Source of the DNA: an uncultured Acholeplasmataceae bacterium
GTDB taxonomy: Bacteria > Bacillota_I > Bacilli_A > Acholeplasmatales > Acholeplasmataceae
DNA: 64,000 bases
NCBI GenBank assembly: GCA_963539755.1
Contig: CAUTMP010000003.1
Span: forward strand, 9,058-73,057
Reading direction: 5' to 3'
Each line of letters begins with the position of its first letter. Position 1 is the stretch's first letter. Position numbers and translations under genes: made by a program. The notes beneath the pieces are model-generated. The model did not search any database, was not told where the DNA came from, and was given only the letters and a program-made list of their open reading frames with translations. Positions 19,139-28,283 of the stretch are shown here, piece after piece.

Positions 19139-21163
19139 ATGAAAAAAGCATTTGTTTTACTGTTAGTTGCGATGTTGTCATTCTTTTTCTACTGTTGTAC
19201 AAAAGTTAATTTAAATACGATAATGAACGAAGTTAGTTTAAAGGACTACTCTAATAAAAGAGTCAATGCAGACATTCAAACTAATTTAGAAGAACTTAAA
19301 AACAAATATAAAGTAGACATTAAGGTTGAGTTTAACGACAACGAAATTGCAAGTTACGAAAACTCAACTATTAAGATAAACAAAAAATCAGAAGACAGCA
19401 CTTTAATTGTAAAAATTACGGTTAGCTATAAAAATCAACAATTTACTAAGTTGTTTAAGATTTTTATTGCCAAAATAGACAATACTTTACCTGAACCTTC
19501 GCCAACCCCCGATCCAAACCCACAACCAAATCCAAACCCACAACCAAATCCAAACCCACCAACTCCGTCCCCAGAGCCTGAACCAAATCCAACTCCTAAA
19601 AACCAGCATCCAGTAATTAAAGCAGTCAAAGCAAATGATAATGAAAAAGTTACCGCAATTGGCTGGATTGTTGCCTATTACTTAAACTTTGGCGTAGCTC
19701 TTCAAGACAGTACAGGCGGAATTACTTTAAAATCAGGTAAAAACGACTCAGTTAAGTTTAGTCAAATCCAAGCACTGGTTGGCAAGTACGTTCAAGTTTC
19801 CGGAACTCGCACTGCATACAATGGTTTAGTTCAAATTTCAAAAATTACTGAAATTAAAGAAATTTCAAATCCAGAAGAACCTTTTCCAACAGCCCTAGAC
19901 ATAACTAAACTAGACATTGCTAAACATCAGGCTAGACTACAAAGTACGCTAGTTAGCATCACTAACGCAAAGGTTAAAAGTTTTGAAAAAGATAAAAAAT
20001 TTGGAAACATCAACATTGTTTTTGAGTTTTTCGGTAAAGAACTTACCTTTAGATATGACAGCCGCGTAAATAAAGCCAAATGGGCTTCAATACTTGAAAA
20101 CTTAAAACCAGGTAAGTCTTATGACCTGACTAATTTAGTGTTTTCGTTTTACAACCAACCACAATGTTCAGTTTCAGAAACATTTGAGTTTAAACCGCAC
20201 GTTAACGAAAGTGGGAAAATAAATGTTTTCTTTGACTTAAACGGCGGAACTATTGCAGGCGGTGTTCAACCACAAATTATTGAAGTTGGACAAACTGCAA
20301 AAAACCCCGGCAGCCCAACTAAGCAAAACTATGAATTTTTAGGTTGGTCTAAAACTGGCAAAACCGACGATATTTTTAATTTCAATGCTAAGTTAACCGA
20401 AGACACAACACTTAAGGCTGTATATAAATACAACGGACCTGCTGAAGATTTAGACGAAGTAAATGGCTATTATTCTTCTGTAAAAGGTCTGGAAGGCGAT
20501 GCGCTTCGCGCTAGACTTAAACAAATCATAGACAAACCAGCAACTTCTTACGACACAGCACTAGAAGCTCTTAGAAAAGCAGACGAGTCTATCACAAACC
20601 CTGGTTATTTTTATTTAGCGTATACTGGAGACAGTCCAAGATATCAATATCGGCTAAACTCAAAGGACGGCTGGAACCGTGAACACGTTGTGCCAAACTC
20701 TAAATTAAAAGAACACGGTATTGCAAAAGGTGAACTTCACAACTTAAGAGCCTGTGATATTCAAACCAACTCAAGCAGGTCTAACTATCCATTTGTTGAA
20801 GGAAGCGGCGCAAATAAAGCGATTAACGGCAGCACCTACTATCCAGGTGATGAACATGTTGGCGATATCGCAAGAATTTGTCTGTATATGGCTTTGCGTT
20901 ATGACTTCCCACTTAAAAAGGTAGGTAAATTAGAGACTTTCTTAAAATGGCATAGGCAAGATCCGGTTAACGAATTTGAAAAAAGAAGAAACAATATTTT
21001 GGCTCAATATCAAAAAAACCGAAACCCTTTTATTGACAACCCCCAGTTTGTTGAAAAAATTTTCGGGAACATCAAAACTACTTCTTTAAATGAAGTTATG
21101 TATAGTCTTTACCTGCAATTAGTTAAACCGGTTTGTATGTTTGGACAAAAACTAGATTTATAA
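19139..21163 (+). CDS. surface nuclease: signal/lipobox, Pro-rich linker, OB-like domain, Flg_new-like repeat, C-terminal Endonuclease I-type domain
   Basis: 674 aa. N-terminal signal ends FFFYCC. Linker PEPSPTPDPNPQPNPNPQPNPNPP. Flg_new-type module VFFDLNGGT...YEFLGWSKTG...TLKAVY. The C-terminus has WNREHVVPNS, LHNLRACD..TNS.RSN, YYPGDEHVGDIARI and NRNPFIDNP, as in Endonuclease_1 family nucleases. Confidence 0.8.
   Translation: MKKAFVLLLVAMLSFFFYCCTKVNLNTIMNEVSLKDYSNKRVNADIQTNLEELKNKYKVDIKVEFNDNEIASYENSTIKINKKSEDSTLIVKITVSYKNQQFTKLFKIFIAKIDNTLPEPSPTPDPNPQPNPNPQPNPNPPTPSPEPEPNPTPKNQHPVIKAVKANDNEKVTAIGWIVAYYLNFGVALQDSTGGITLKSGKNDSVKFSQIQALVGKYVQVSGTRTAYNGLVQISKITEIKEISNPEEPFPTALDITKLDIAKHQARLQSTLVSITNAKVKSFEKDKKFGNINIVFEFFGKELTFRYDSRVNKAKWASILENLKPGKSYDLTNLVFSFYNQPQCSVSETFEFKPHVNESGKINVFFDLNGGTIAGGVQPQIIEVGQTAKNPGSPTKQNYEFLGWSKTGKTDDIFNFNAKLTEDTTLKAVYKYNGPAEDLDEVNGYYSSVKGLEGDALRARLKQIIDKPATSYDTALEALRKADESITNPGYFYLAYTGDSPRYQYRLNSKDGWNREHVVPNSKLKEHGIAKGELHNLRACDIQTNSSRSNYPFVEGSGANKAINGSTYYPGDEHVGDIARICLYMALRYDFPLKKVGKLETFLKWHRQDPVNEFEKRRNNILAQYQKNRNPFIDNPQFVEKIFGNIKTTSLNEVMYSLYLQLVKPVCMFGQKLDL
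19514..19558 (+). repeat. perfect 18-bp tandem repeat (CCAAACCCACAACCAAAT x2.5) encoding PNPQPN
   Basis: Read directly from the sequence. In frame, within the Pro-rich linker of the nuclease gene. Confidence 0.95.
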
Positions 21164-21181
21164 ATTAAATTTAAGTAATAT

Positions 21182-21210
21182 AAAAAGGCCTGAAAAAGGT
21201 CTTTTTATTT
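21182..21210 (+). terminator. terminator of the nuclease gene
   Basis: AAAAAGGCCT-GAAAA-AGGTCTTTTT (one G-U pair) followed by a T-run. Confidence 0.7.
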
Positions 21211-21574
21211 GAATATTTATGAGATATTTAACTAAAAGTTAATTGATAATTTTTTTCTAATTTTACAAGATATTTATATCTGAATTAAACAACAGTTTTC
21301 GTTCTTTTTTGCCTTTTAAAGCTGTATTTACTACTAACTTAATTGCTTTTATATCTATATTTTTAAAGGTAATATAAGAACACATTTTTGTCATTTTCTG
21401 GGTTGCGACCCCTTTTAATAAAATATTCGCGGTTTAAATTATTAAGCTTTGAATTTAAAATAGTGTGATTAAAGCAAATCACACAATAATTTAGACCAAC
21501 ACCTGTTAAAAAATACAGATAAAAGTTATGTTTGGGATTAGTTGCCTACTATCGTCAATAACTATAAAACCGCA

Positions 21575-21604
21575 TTGTTATGCCTTTTTTCAATTTTGTA
21601 TAAT
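21575..21604 (+). promoter_or_regulatory. candidate promoter for giant surface protein A
   Basis: TTGTTA, 18-nt spacer, TG-TATAAT extended -10. It would give a leader of about 230 nt. Other AT-rich look-alikes exist nearer the gene. Confidence 0.3.
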
Positions 21605-21839
21605 TTTTCAACTTTTGTTTTTATAGCCGTTTGCTATATATATATATGAATTGATACAGTAAATAGCGTTTTTAGTGAAAGACAGATGAGGTTTTTAACT
21701 GTAAAACACGCTAATTATGACATATTTAAGGAAACTAATGTTGTCAATATTAAACCATCTAAAATTTTACACAATCACTTTATATAATTTATATAAACAT
21801 ATCGCAATACTTTTGCATAACTTACACAAGGAGAAATAC

Positions 21840-24800
21840 ATGCAACCTGAACAAAATATGCAGTTTAATATGCTCCGCAAGAAAAGAAAAGGATTTTTAA
21901 TCCCAGCTTTATTTATTCTTGCATTTACTTCACTTATTTTACTTGTTATCTTTTTATTTTCACACCCTACAGTTTATTTTTCTAAAAATAGTGGTTTCAC
22001 TGAACACGACGCTGTTAAGGCTGGAAAAAATAAACTACGCTTTGTGGTGCCAGAAACTATAGATACAACAAAGTCTACTTTCATTTCTGTTAGAAAAGAA
22101 TGGTTCACAACTAGCAGACTAGGAACAATTGTTGACATTAAGGCAAAACCAGGTAAATACTTAGCCCTTGACTTTACAGACCGTCAACACGACTCTGAAG
22201 TTTTTACTATCTACACTAAGAACTGGTTTGGAATTAAAAAGCAGTATGACGTAATTGTTGATTACTCTAACTTCCTTCGTATCTTTTTCCCTGAGTCACA
22301 TGATGGTGCGATTCCTCGCAAACCAGAAATTCTTCCATATTCTAAACTACAAACTGAACACAAACACAAATACGAAGAACTTTACAAAATCAAAAGTTTC
22401 TATGCATACGACAAAGACGGAAAAATTGCTCCAGAGCCTATTCACAGAAGAGATGTTTTTTCTAAAGACATCGCTCAAGGCCGTGCATTTATTGTTAACA
22501 ACAGCACGCAAATTTCTTTAGTTTATGATTTCTTACTGCCAGGTATCTTTAAAAAACAAGCACAAAAAACTCAAGTTTACGACCTTGTTGACAAAACTGT
22601 TGGTAATGCAAAAACTCTAGACCCTGAAAAACAAGGACACGAAATTCAGTTTAATACTCCTCCTTTCTATATTTCTAAGTTCCTTGGTTGGTACTACATT
22701 GACCCAACTGGCAACCGAGTTGACTTAAAACCAGGTGAAGAGTTTAATATCCCCACTTGGGTAAAATCTGAACTTAGACTAATTGCTAAATATGATATTA
22801 CTGCTGATATAGATAAGTTAGCTCCAGCCCTTGACAAGCAAGGTCTGGTTGCGGTTTCTTACTTTGATGGCGTGCAAAGAGTATTTTTAGATATTGTCAA
22901 GAGAGGCACACCACTTCGTGAACACATCTACAATAAAGACGGATATGTTTATGAAGGTTGGTATAAAGACAGCGCTTTCACAAAAAAAGTAGACTTTAGT
23001 CAAGAAGTTGCAACTACTCATATTTCGCTTTACTTAAAGTCAATTTCTCAAAACCAACCACAACCCGAAAAACCAACTAAATATCACACTATTACTTTTA
23101 AAACTCCAGATGGTGCATCTCAACTTTCTCCAGCAAAAGTAGCGCGCGACCAAAAACTTGACGCAAATTATGCAGCGCCAAACCGAGTTTCAAAAGTTTA
23201 TCCAGACGGCAAACTCGAAGAGCTTGACTATTGGACAATTTGGGATCCTGTTAATAACCAAGACACAGGTGTTAAGTTTGACTTTAATACTCCAATTACC
23301 AGCGACCTTGTACTGTATGCTCATTTAAGACCATATAAAGCACCAGACTCAGAACGTCCAGTAAATTTCAAAGTACTTGACCATATTCAAAACCAAACAC
23401 TTTACGACAAAACTTTAACTGCAGTTAACAACAAAATTCAAGACGCAGATAAAGCAGAAATCAAAGGTATTTTGGGAAATGCTCCTGCTGATGTTGAAAC
23501 TCCAATGGGCACATATCGCTTCAAAGGTTGGTATTTAAATGGTGACATCAATTCTCCATTTTATATAGACGACGCACTTCCTAAAAACATAAAACGTTTT
23601 GAAATTCACGCAGTTTATGACTTTGAGCCAAACGACAAAGTACCAAACCCACAAGATCCTGACAACCCACTTCCTCTAGACCCAAGTTTAGTTAAACTAA
23701 CTTTCTTAACGCCTGAGCGCACTGTGCTTGCAGTTCAAACTCAAGAAAAGGGCAAGGCATACGCGGGAACTCTGCCTACTATTTCTAAACTAGGCTACGT
23801 ATTTAAACACTGGGCTTACTTTGAAGGCAACGAAGTTAAAGACCAATTTGATACTACTGCTGTTTTAAATGAGAACAAGGTGCTATATCCTGTGTTTGAA
23901 AAAGATCCAAACGCAAACCTTGAAAACGAAGAACTCAACACAGTTAAGATCTACAATCCACTACTTAAATCAACTCAAGTCTTAAAAGTTAAAAAAGGTG
24001 AACTACTTGGAGTAGACACAAACGCCTACACCACTACTATTGAAGACAAAGAATACGTGTTTGACAAGTTCACTAAAGAAGATGGTTCTACTTTTGATCA
24101 CTTAACTACGCAAATTACTAAGGACTTAAACTTTACTGTTAATCTAAAAGAAAAAGTGCTTGATTGCTTTAAGTCAATTGACACAAAAATTAGTGATCCT
24201 GTTCAAGGAAAAGTTTTATATGAAGGCAAAATCCGCGTCAAAGATGGCCAAATTTACGCACCAGACCGCGCGAAACTACAGGCTATCCTTGACACAGTTG
24301 GCGCAGACATTGACGGCGCTATGGGTAAACATCAATTTAAGGGCTGGTATTTAGATGGAGACACTAATTCTCCGTTTACAGTTAACGACCAAATTGATCA
24401 AAATACTGCTCGTCTAGATATTCAGGCAGTTTATGACTTTGAGCCAAACGACAAAGTACCAAACCCACAAGATCCTGACAACCCACTTCCTCTAGACCCA
24501 AGTTTAGTTAAACTAACTTTCTTAACGCCTGAGCGCACTGTGCTTGCAGTTCAAACTCAAGAAAAGGGCAAGGCATACGCGGGAACTCTGCCTACTATTT
24601 CTAAACTAGGCTACGTATTTAAACACTGGGCTTACTTTGAAGGCAACGAAGTTAAAGACCAATTTGATACTACTGCTGTTTTAAATGAGAACAAGGTGCT
24701 ATATCCTGTGTTTGAAAAAGATCCAAACGCAAACCTTGAAAACGAAGAACTCAACACAGTTAAGATCTACAATCCACTACTTAAATCAACTCAAGTCTTA

Positions 24801-27800
24801 AAAGTTAAAAAAGGTGAACTACTTGGAGTAGACACAAACGCCTACACCACCACTATTGAAGACAAAGAATACGTCTTTGATAAGTTTACAAACAAAGACG
24901 GCTCTGACTTTGACCACTTAACAACTGCGATTACAAAAGATCTTGAGTTAACTGTTCACTTAAAAGAAAAAGAACTTGCTGGCTTTAGGCAAATTGACAT
25001 TAAAATTATTGACCCTGTTCAAGGTAAAGTTTTATTTGACGGAAAAGTGCGTGTTAAAGACAACCAAATATATGCACCAGACCGCGCAAAACTACAGGCT
25101 ATCTTAGACACAGTTGGTGCAGACATTGACACTGTACTTGGTAAATACCGCTTTAAAGGTTGGTATTTAAGCGGAGACATCAACTCTCCGTTTACAGTTG
25201 ACGGCAATTTAGATCCAAACACTACTAACTTAACAGTTAAGGCAGTTTACTACTTTGAAGATAACAATAAAGTACCAAATCCAGATAACCCAAGTGACCC
25301 ACAACCTCTTGACCATGCTCTAATTAAAGTTACTTTCCTTTCAGACAGCTACTCAGTTATCTCTGTTCAAACAAGTAAAAAAGGAAAAGTTTTTGACGGA
25401 ACCCTTCCAAATGTTGAAAAACGTGGCTACATCTTTAAACACTGGGTTTACTTTAAAGCAGGAGTAGTTGGCTCTATTTACAACGAACAAGACGTGCTTA
25501 CTGAAAACACAGTTCTGTATCCTGTCTTTGAAAAAGATCCAAGCGAACCTGAGCCAAAAAATACTGCTAAAGTCACTATGCAAAGTGAATTGCTTGGACA
25601 AAGTGAACATAGGTTTGTCAAAAAAGGTACAAAACTAGATTTAGATCCTCAACAATTTAATACTAAAGTTGGCAAATACTTGTATAAGTTCAAACGTTTC
25701 GTTGACGAAAACGACAATACTTTTGACTACAAAACTAAGCCAATTTTTGAAGATATTACTTTAAAAATAGAATACGAAAAAACTGAGCCGAAGGCCAAGT
25801 ACACTATTAAACACGTATTTGAAGGGGTAGAAGGACAAATCCCTGAAACAACTCAAACTGTAGAAAAAGAAACTACTGTGGGCAGTGAAATAACTGTAGA
25901 CAGCAGTGATGGTCTGCCTGGTCTTGAACACGGCTTTGATTTAGTTGACTCAACTGAAACTAAAGTAGTTAAAGCAGATGGTTCTACTGAGTTTATCTTA
26001 AACTACAAACGAAAAGAGTTTACCGTAACTTACCAAGCAAACTACCACAATCAATTCCCAGGAACTGCGGTTTCAAATGAACCTCAAACTCACAAAGTTA
26101 AGTATCAAGAGAAAATCAAAGAACCAAACCCTGCACCAAAACTAGAGCGACATGGCCGCACATATACCTTTAAACACTGGCAACTTGAGTCTACTATGAA
26201 CGGAGTTTATAGTGAGCAAAGTCCTTATAACTTCAACACCAGAGTTAACCGCAATGTTGATTTAGTGGCTTACTTTGAAGAAAAAATTGAAAAAGTTAAC
26301 TACAAAATCGTACATATGCTAGAAAAACAAGGCGAAGACAGTGCTCTTAACGGACAATACGACAGAATCGAAGAACTTCAGCAAGATAAAAAAGTAGAAG
26401 ATGGCGCTACTTACCAAGATTACTCAGCACTAGACTCTAACTTATACGAAAAAGATTTAACACACCCAGATAATCTGCTTAATGCACAGCTTAATACTGG
26501 CGACAACACTACCGAAGTTCGCCAATACTATAAGTTAAAAGAAACTACTGTTAACTTCCAAAAAACTGCAGGTATTGAAAGTTTTGATTCTGCTGAAACT
26601 ATCGTGGTAAAGAAAACCCGCAAAATTGACTTACCTAACTACAACTTAAAGGCAAACTACGAGTTTACAGGTTGGAGTTTAAGTCAAAACGGACCAAGTC
26701 AGGCTAAGTTTATCGCAAGTGGCGACAGTATGGATATTTACGCGAACACTAGAATTCTTGAATCTAGAGTTAAATACACTATTTTAACTCAAAGAGCAGA
26801 TGGTGGATATGACACAACTTACGAGACTAAAAAAGCCTTAATTGGTTCAGTTCACACAGCAAGTTATGCAAATCCAAATAGTTCTATTTACCATGACCCT
26901 CGTTTCAACCCTACTCAATTTACTGTGAGCGCAAATGAAGACGAAAACCAAGTCACTGTAACAATTGACAGAAATGTCTACACAGTTACTTTTGAAGTTA
27001 TTGGTCATTCTGGTCAAATCCTGAATAGAGTAATTAGGCATGGTGCTACAATTGGAGCGATTGATGAAAGCCAGTTTTCAGTAGATGGAAATGGTATTAT
27101 AAAGACTGAACTAGATGGTATAGAAAAAACTAAGGAAGAAATTGAAAGTTTCTTAGTTCAAAAAAACCATAAAGTAACTTTGCATATTGGCAGACTTATT
27201 AAGAAGTTTGGTAAATACCCACAAACTAGAGTTGACAATCCTGCAGGAATTCGTCATATAAAAGACGAAGTACACGAACTTAGGTTTAACTCAAAAGGCA
27301 ATAACTACACTATGCAGTTTACTCGCAGTTACTGGCAAGACAACGCCGACAATAAATATGAAAAATACAATGGTCAATACTTTAAAATTGAAGATGTTAT
27401 TTTTGTTAAAATTCCTAAACTAAACACCTGGTATACCGACAAAATAATTGACTTTTCACCTTTTAACATTAGTAACATTAATTATCCTGATGATGCGAAA
27501 CCTGAGCGCTCTATTTTTAAATCACTTGTTGAAGATATTGGAAAAGTTTTAGGCGATGAAGTTCACATGCCTACTTATGATAGCGGCGATTTTAAATTTA
27601 AACCAGCCTATGACGCAGGTATACAGTCTCGGTTATTAAAAGAATCAACTGACTATGCCAAAGCAATTTTAGGTAGTGAAGATCGTAATATTAAAAAATA
27701 TCGTGGTTTTGATTTAACCCCTATTGTTGTTGAAGGAAATAGCTTTTCTTACCGAAAAAGGTACCACCAGCACTGGTGGCTCGCTACTCAGATAGACTAC

Positions 27801-27893
27801 CCTACTGCTCTCGTTAACCTCGTCAGAAACGACAACATCTTGGGCAGTGCTGGCGTGTCCAATGTTTTCGGTGTAGTGGTTTGCATTAGGTAG
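21840..27893 (+). CDS. giant membrane-anchored surface protein A (2017 aa): Flg_new-like and MucBP-like repeats, shared N- and C-terminal modules
   Basis: Start moved to ATG 21840, 6 nt after AAGGAG. The ORF-track start at 21717 has no RBS and adds a non-conserved extension. One N-terminal TM (FLIPALFILAFTSLILLVIFLF) and many Y.F.GWY...LYA.. modules. Ends VFGVVVCIR. Paralog of 28284-32837. Confidence 0.85.
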   Translation: MQPEQNMQFNMLRKKRKGFLIPALFILAFTSLILLVIFLFSHPTVYFSKNSGFTEHDAVKAGKNKLRFVVPETIDTTKSTFISVRKEWFTTSRLGTIVDIKAKPGKYLALDFTDRQHDSEVFTIYTKNWFGIKKQYDVIVDYSNFLRIFFPESHDGAIPRKPEILPYSKLQTEHKHKYEELYKIKSFYAYDKDGKIAPEPIHRRDVFSKDIAQGRAFIVNNSTQISLVYDFLLPGIFKKQAQKTQVYDLVDKTVGNAKTLDPEKQGHEIQFNTPPFYISKFLGWYYIDPTGNRVDLKPGEEFNIPTWVKSELRLIAKYDITADIDKLAPALDKQGLVAVSYFDGVQRVFLDIVKRGTPLREHIYNKDGYVYEGWYKDSAFTKKVDFSQEVATTHISLYLKSISQNQPQPEKPTKYHTITFKTPDGASQLSPAKVARDQKLDANYAAPNRVSKVYPDGKLEELDYWTIWDPVNNQDTGVKFDFNTPITSDLVLYAHLRPYKAPDSERPVNFKVLDHIQNQTLYDKTLTAVNNKIQDADKAEIKGILGNAPADVETPMGTYRFKGWYLNGDINSPFYIDDALPKNIKRFEIHAVYDFEPNDKVPNPQDPDNPLPLDPSLVKLTFLTPERTVLAVQTQEKGKAYAGTLPTISKLGYVFKHWAYFEGNEVKDQFDTTAVLNENKVLYPVFEKDPNANLENEELNTVKIYNPLLKSTQVLKVKKGELLGVDTNAYTTTIEDKEYVFDKFTKEDGSTFDHLTTQITKDLNFTVNLKEKVLDCFKSIDTKISDPVQGKVLYEGKIRVKDGQIYAPDRAKLQAILDTVGADIDGAMGKHQFKGWYLDGDTNSPFTVNDQIDQNTARLDIQAVYDFEPNDKVPNPQDPDNPLPLDPSLVKLTFLTPERTVLAVQTQEKGKAYAGTLPTISKLGYVFKHWAYFEGNEVKDQFDTTAVLNENKVLYPVFEKDPNANLENEELNTVKIYNPLLKSTQVLKVKKGELLGVDTNAYTTTIEDKEYVFDKFTNKDGSDFDHLTTAITKDLELTVHLKEKELAGFRQIDIKIIDPVQGKVLFDGKVRVKDNQIYAPDRAKLQAILDTVGADIDTVLGKYRFKGWYLSGDINSPFTVDGNLDPNTTNLTVKAVYYFEDNNKVPNPDNPSDPQPLDHALIKVTFLSDSYSVISVQTSKKGKVFDGTLPNVEKRGYIFKHWVYFKAGVVGSIYNEQDVLTENTVLYPVFEKDPSEPEPKNTAKVTMQSELLGQSEHRFVKKGTKLDLDPQQFNTKVGKYLYKFKRFVDENDNTFDYKTKPIFEDITLKIEYEKTEPKAKYTIKHVFEGVEGQIPETTQTVEKETTVGSEITVDSSDGLPGLEHGFDLVDSTETKVVKADGSTEFILNYKRKEFTVTYQANYHNQFPGTAVSNEPQTHKVKYQEKIKEPNPAPKLERHGRTYTFKHWQLESTMNGVYSEQSPYNFNTRVNRNVDLVAYFEEKIEKVNYKIVHMLEKQGEDSALNGQYDRIEELQQDKKVEDGATYQDYSALDSNLYEKDLTHPDNLLNAQLNTGDNTTEVRQYYKLKETTVNFQKTAGIESFDSAETIVVKKTRKIDLPNYNLKANYEFTGWSLSQNGPSQAKFIASGDSMDIYANTRILESRVKYTILTQRADGGYDTTYETKKALIGSVHTASYANPNSSIYHDPRFNPTQFTVSANEDENQVTVTIDRNVYTVTFEVIGHSGQILNRVIRHGATIGAIDESQFSVDGNGIIKTELDGIEKTKEEIESFLVQKNHKVTLHIGRLIKKFGKYPQTRVDNPAGIRHIKDEVHELRFNSKGNNYTMQFTRSYWQDNADNKYEKYNGQYFKIEDVIFVKIPKLNTWYTDKIIDFSPFNISNINYPDDAKPERSIFKSLVEDIGKVLGDEVHMPTYDSGDFKFKPAYDAGIQSRLLKESTDYAKAILGSEDRNIKKYRGFDLTPIVVEGNSFSYRKRYHQHWWLATQIDYPTALVNLVRNDNILGSAGVSNVFGVVVCIR
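23610..25790 (+). repeat. in-frame tandem array with an exact 816-bp (272-aa) period: copies at 23611, 24427 and 25243
   Basis: 23610-24034 and 24426-24850 are identical base for base (425 bp). The remainder of units 1 and 2 is about 75-80% identical by eye. The third unit is diverged and partial. Confidence 0.95.
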
Positions 27894-28072
27894 TCTCTTG
27901 ACTGTTTGTACAGGTACTTGCATTTATTTTCATTTTAGAGATTTAACCACTGATTTAACCCCATAAAAAATAATCGCTTAATTTATACAATCAACTTTTT
28001 GAAAATATAAAAAGCTTTTCAAAAGCAAGCAAACAAGTTTTTTGAATCATATAATTTAAACTAAATTTAAAA

Positions 28073-28113
28073 TTACTCTACTTCACTTTGCATATTAGAG
28101 TGAAGTAGAGTAA
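28073..28113 (+). other. long perfect stem-loop between the two giant genes
   Basis: TTACTCTACTTCACT (TT) GCATATT (AG) AGTGAAGTAGAGTAA: 15 bp Watson-Crick plus 2 further pairs, with a 7-nt loop and no following T-run. Possible terminator or RNA-stability element. Confidence 0.6.
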
Positions 28114-28283
28114 GAATATCAATAGTTTTAAAAATCAAAACATAAAAACCAGAAAGTATTTAAATCACTTTTGTTTAGTATTTATTAAAAATCCCACATC
28201 TAAAGTTAAAACAAAGGTAATTTAAATATTTTAATTGCTAAAAAACCACATATAATACTTTTTTAAAAAAGAGAGGCTTAAAT

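Noticed and set aside
21635-21647. (TA)6.5 microsatellite upstream of giant gene A as a phase-variation switch.
   Set aside because: It is too short, and it is not positioned between a convincing -35 and -10 pair. Runs of this length are expected in AT-rich intergenic DNA.
21717-21839. ORF-track start of giant gene A at 21717 (extra 41 codons: MTYLRKLMLSILNHLKFYTITLYNLYKH...).
   Set aside because: There is no Shine-Dalgarno upstream. The extension is absent from the paralog and looks like translated AT-rich spacer. A good AAGGAG-N6-ATG start exists at 21840.
23610-25790. Whether the regular repeats (816-bp and 489-bp arrays, 18-bp PNPQPN repeat) could be a CRISPR array or a mobile element.
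   Set aside because: All are in-frame inside long ORFs and encode protein domain repeats. There is no spacer/repeat alternation of CRISPR size, no cas genes, and no terminal inverted repeats or transposase.
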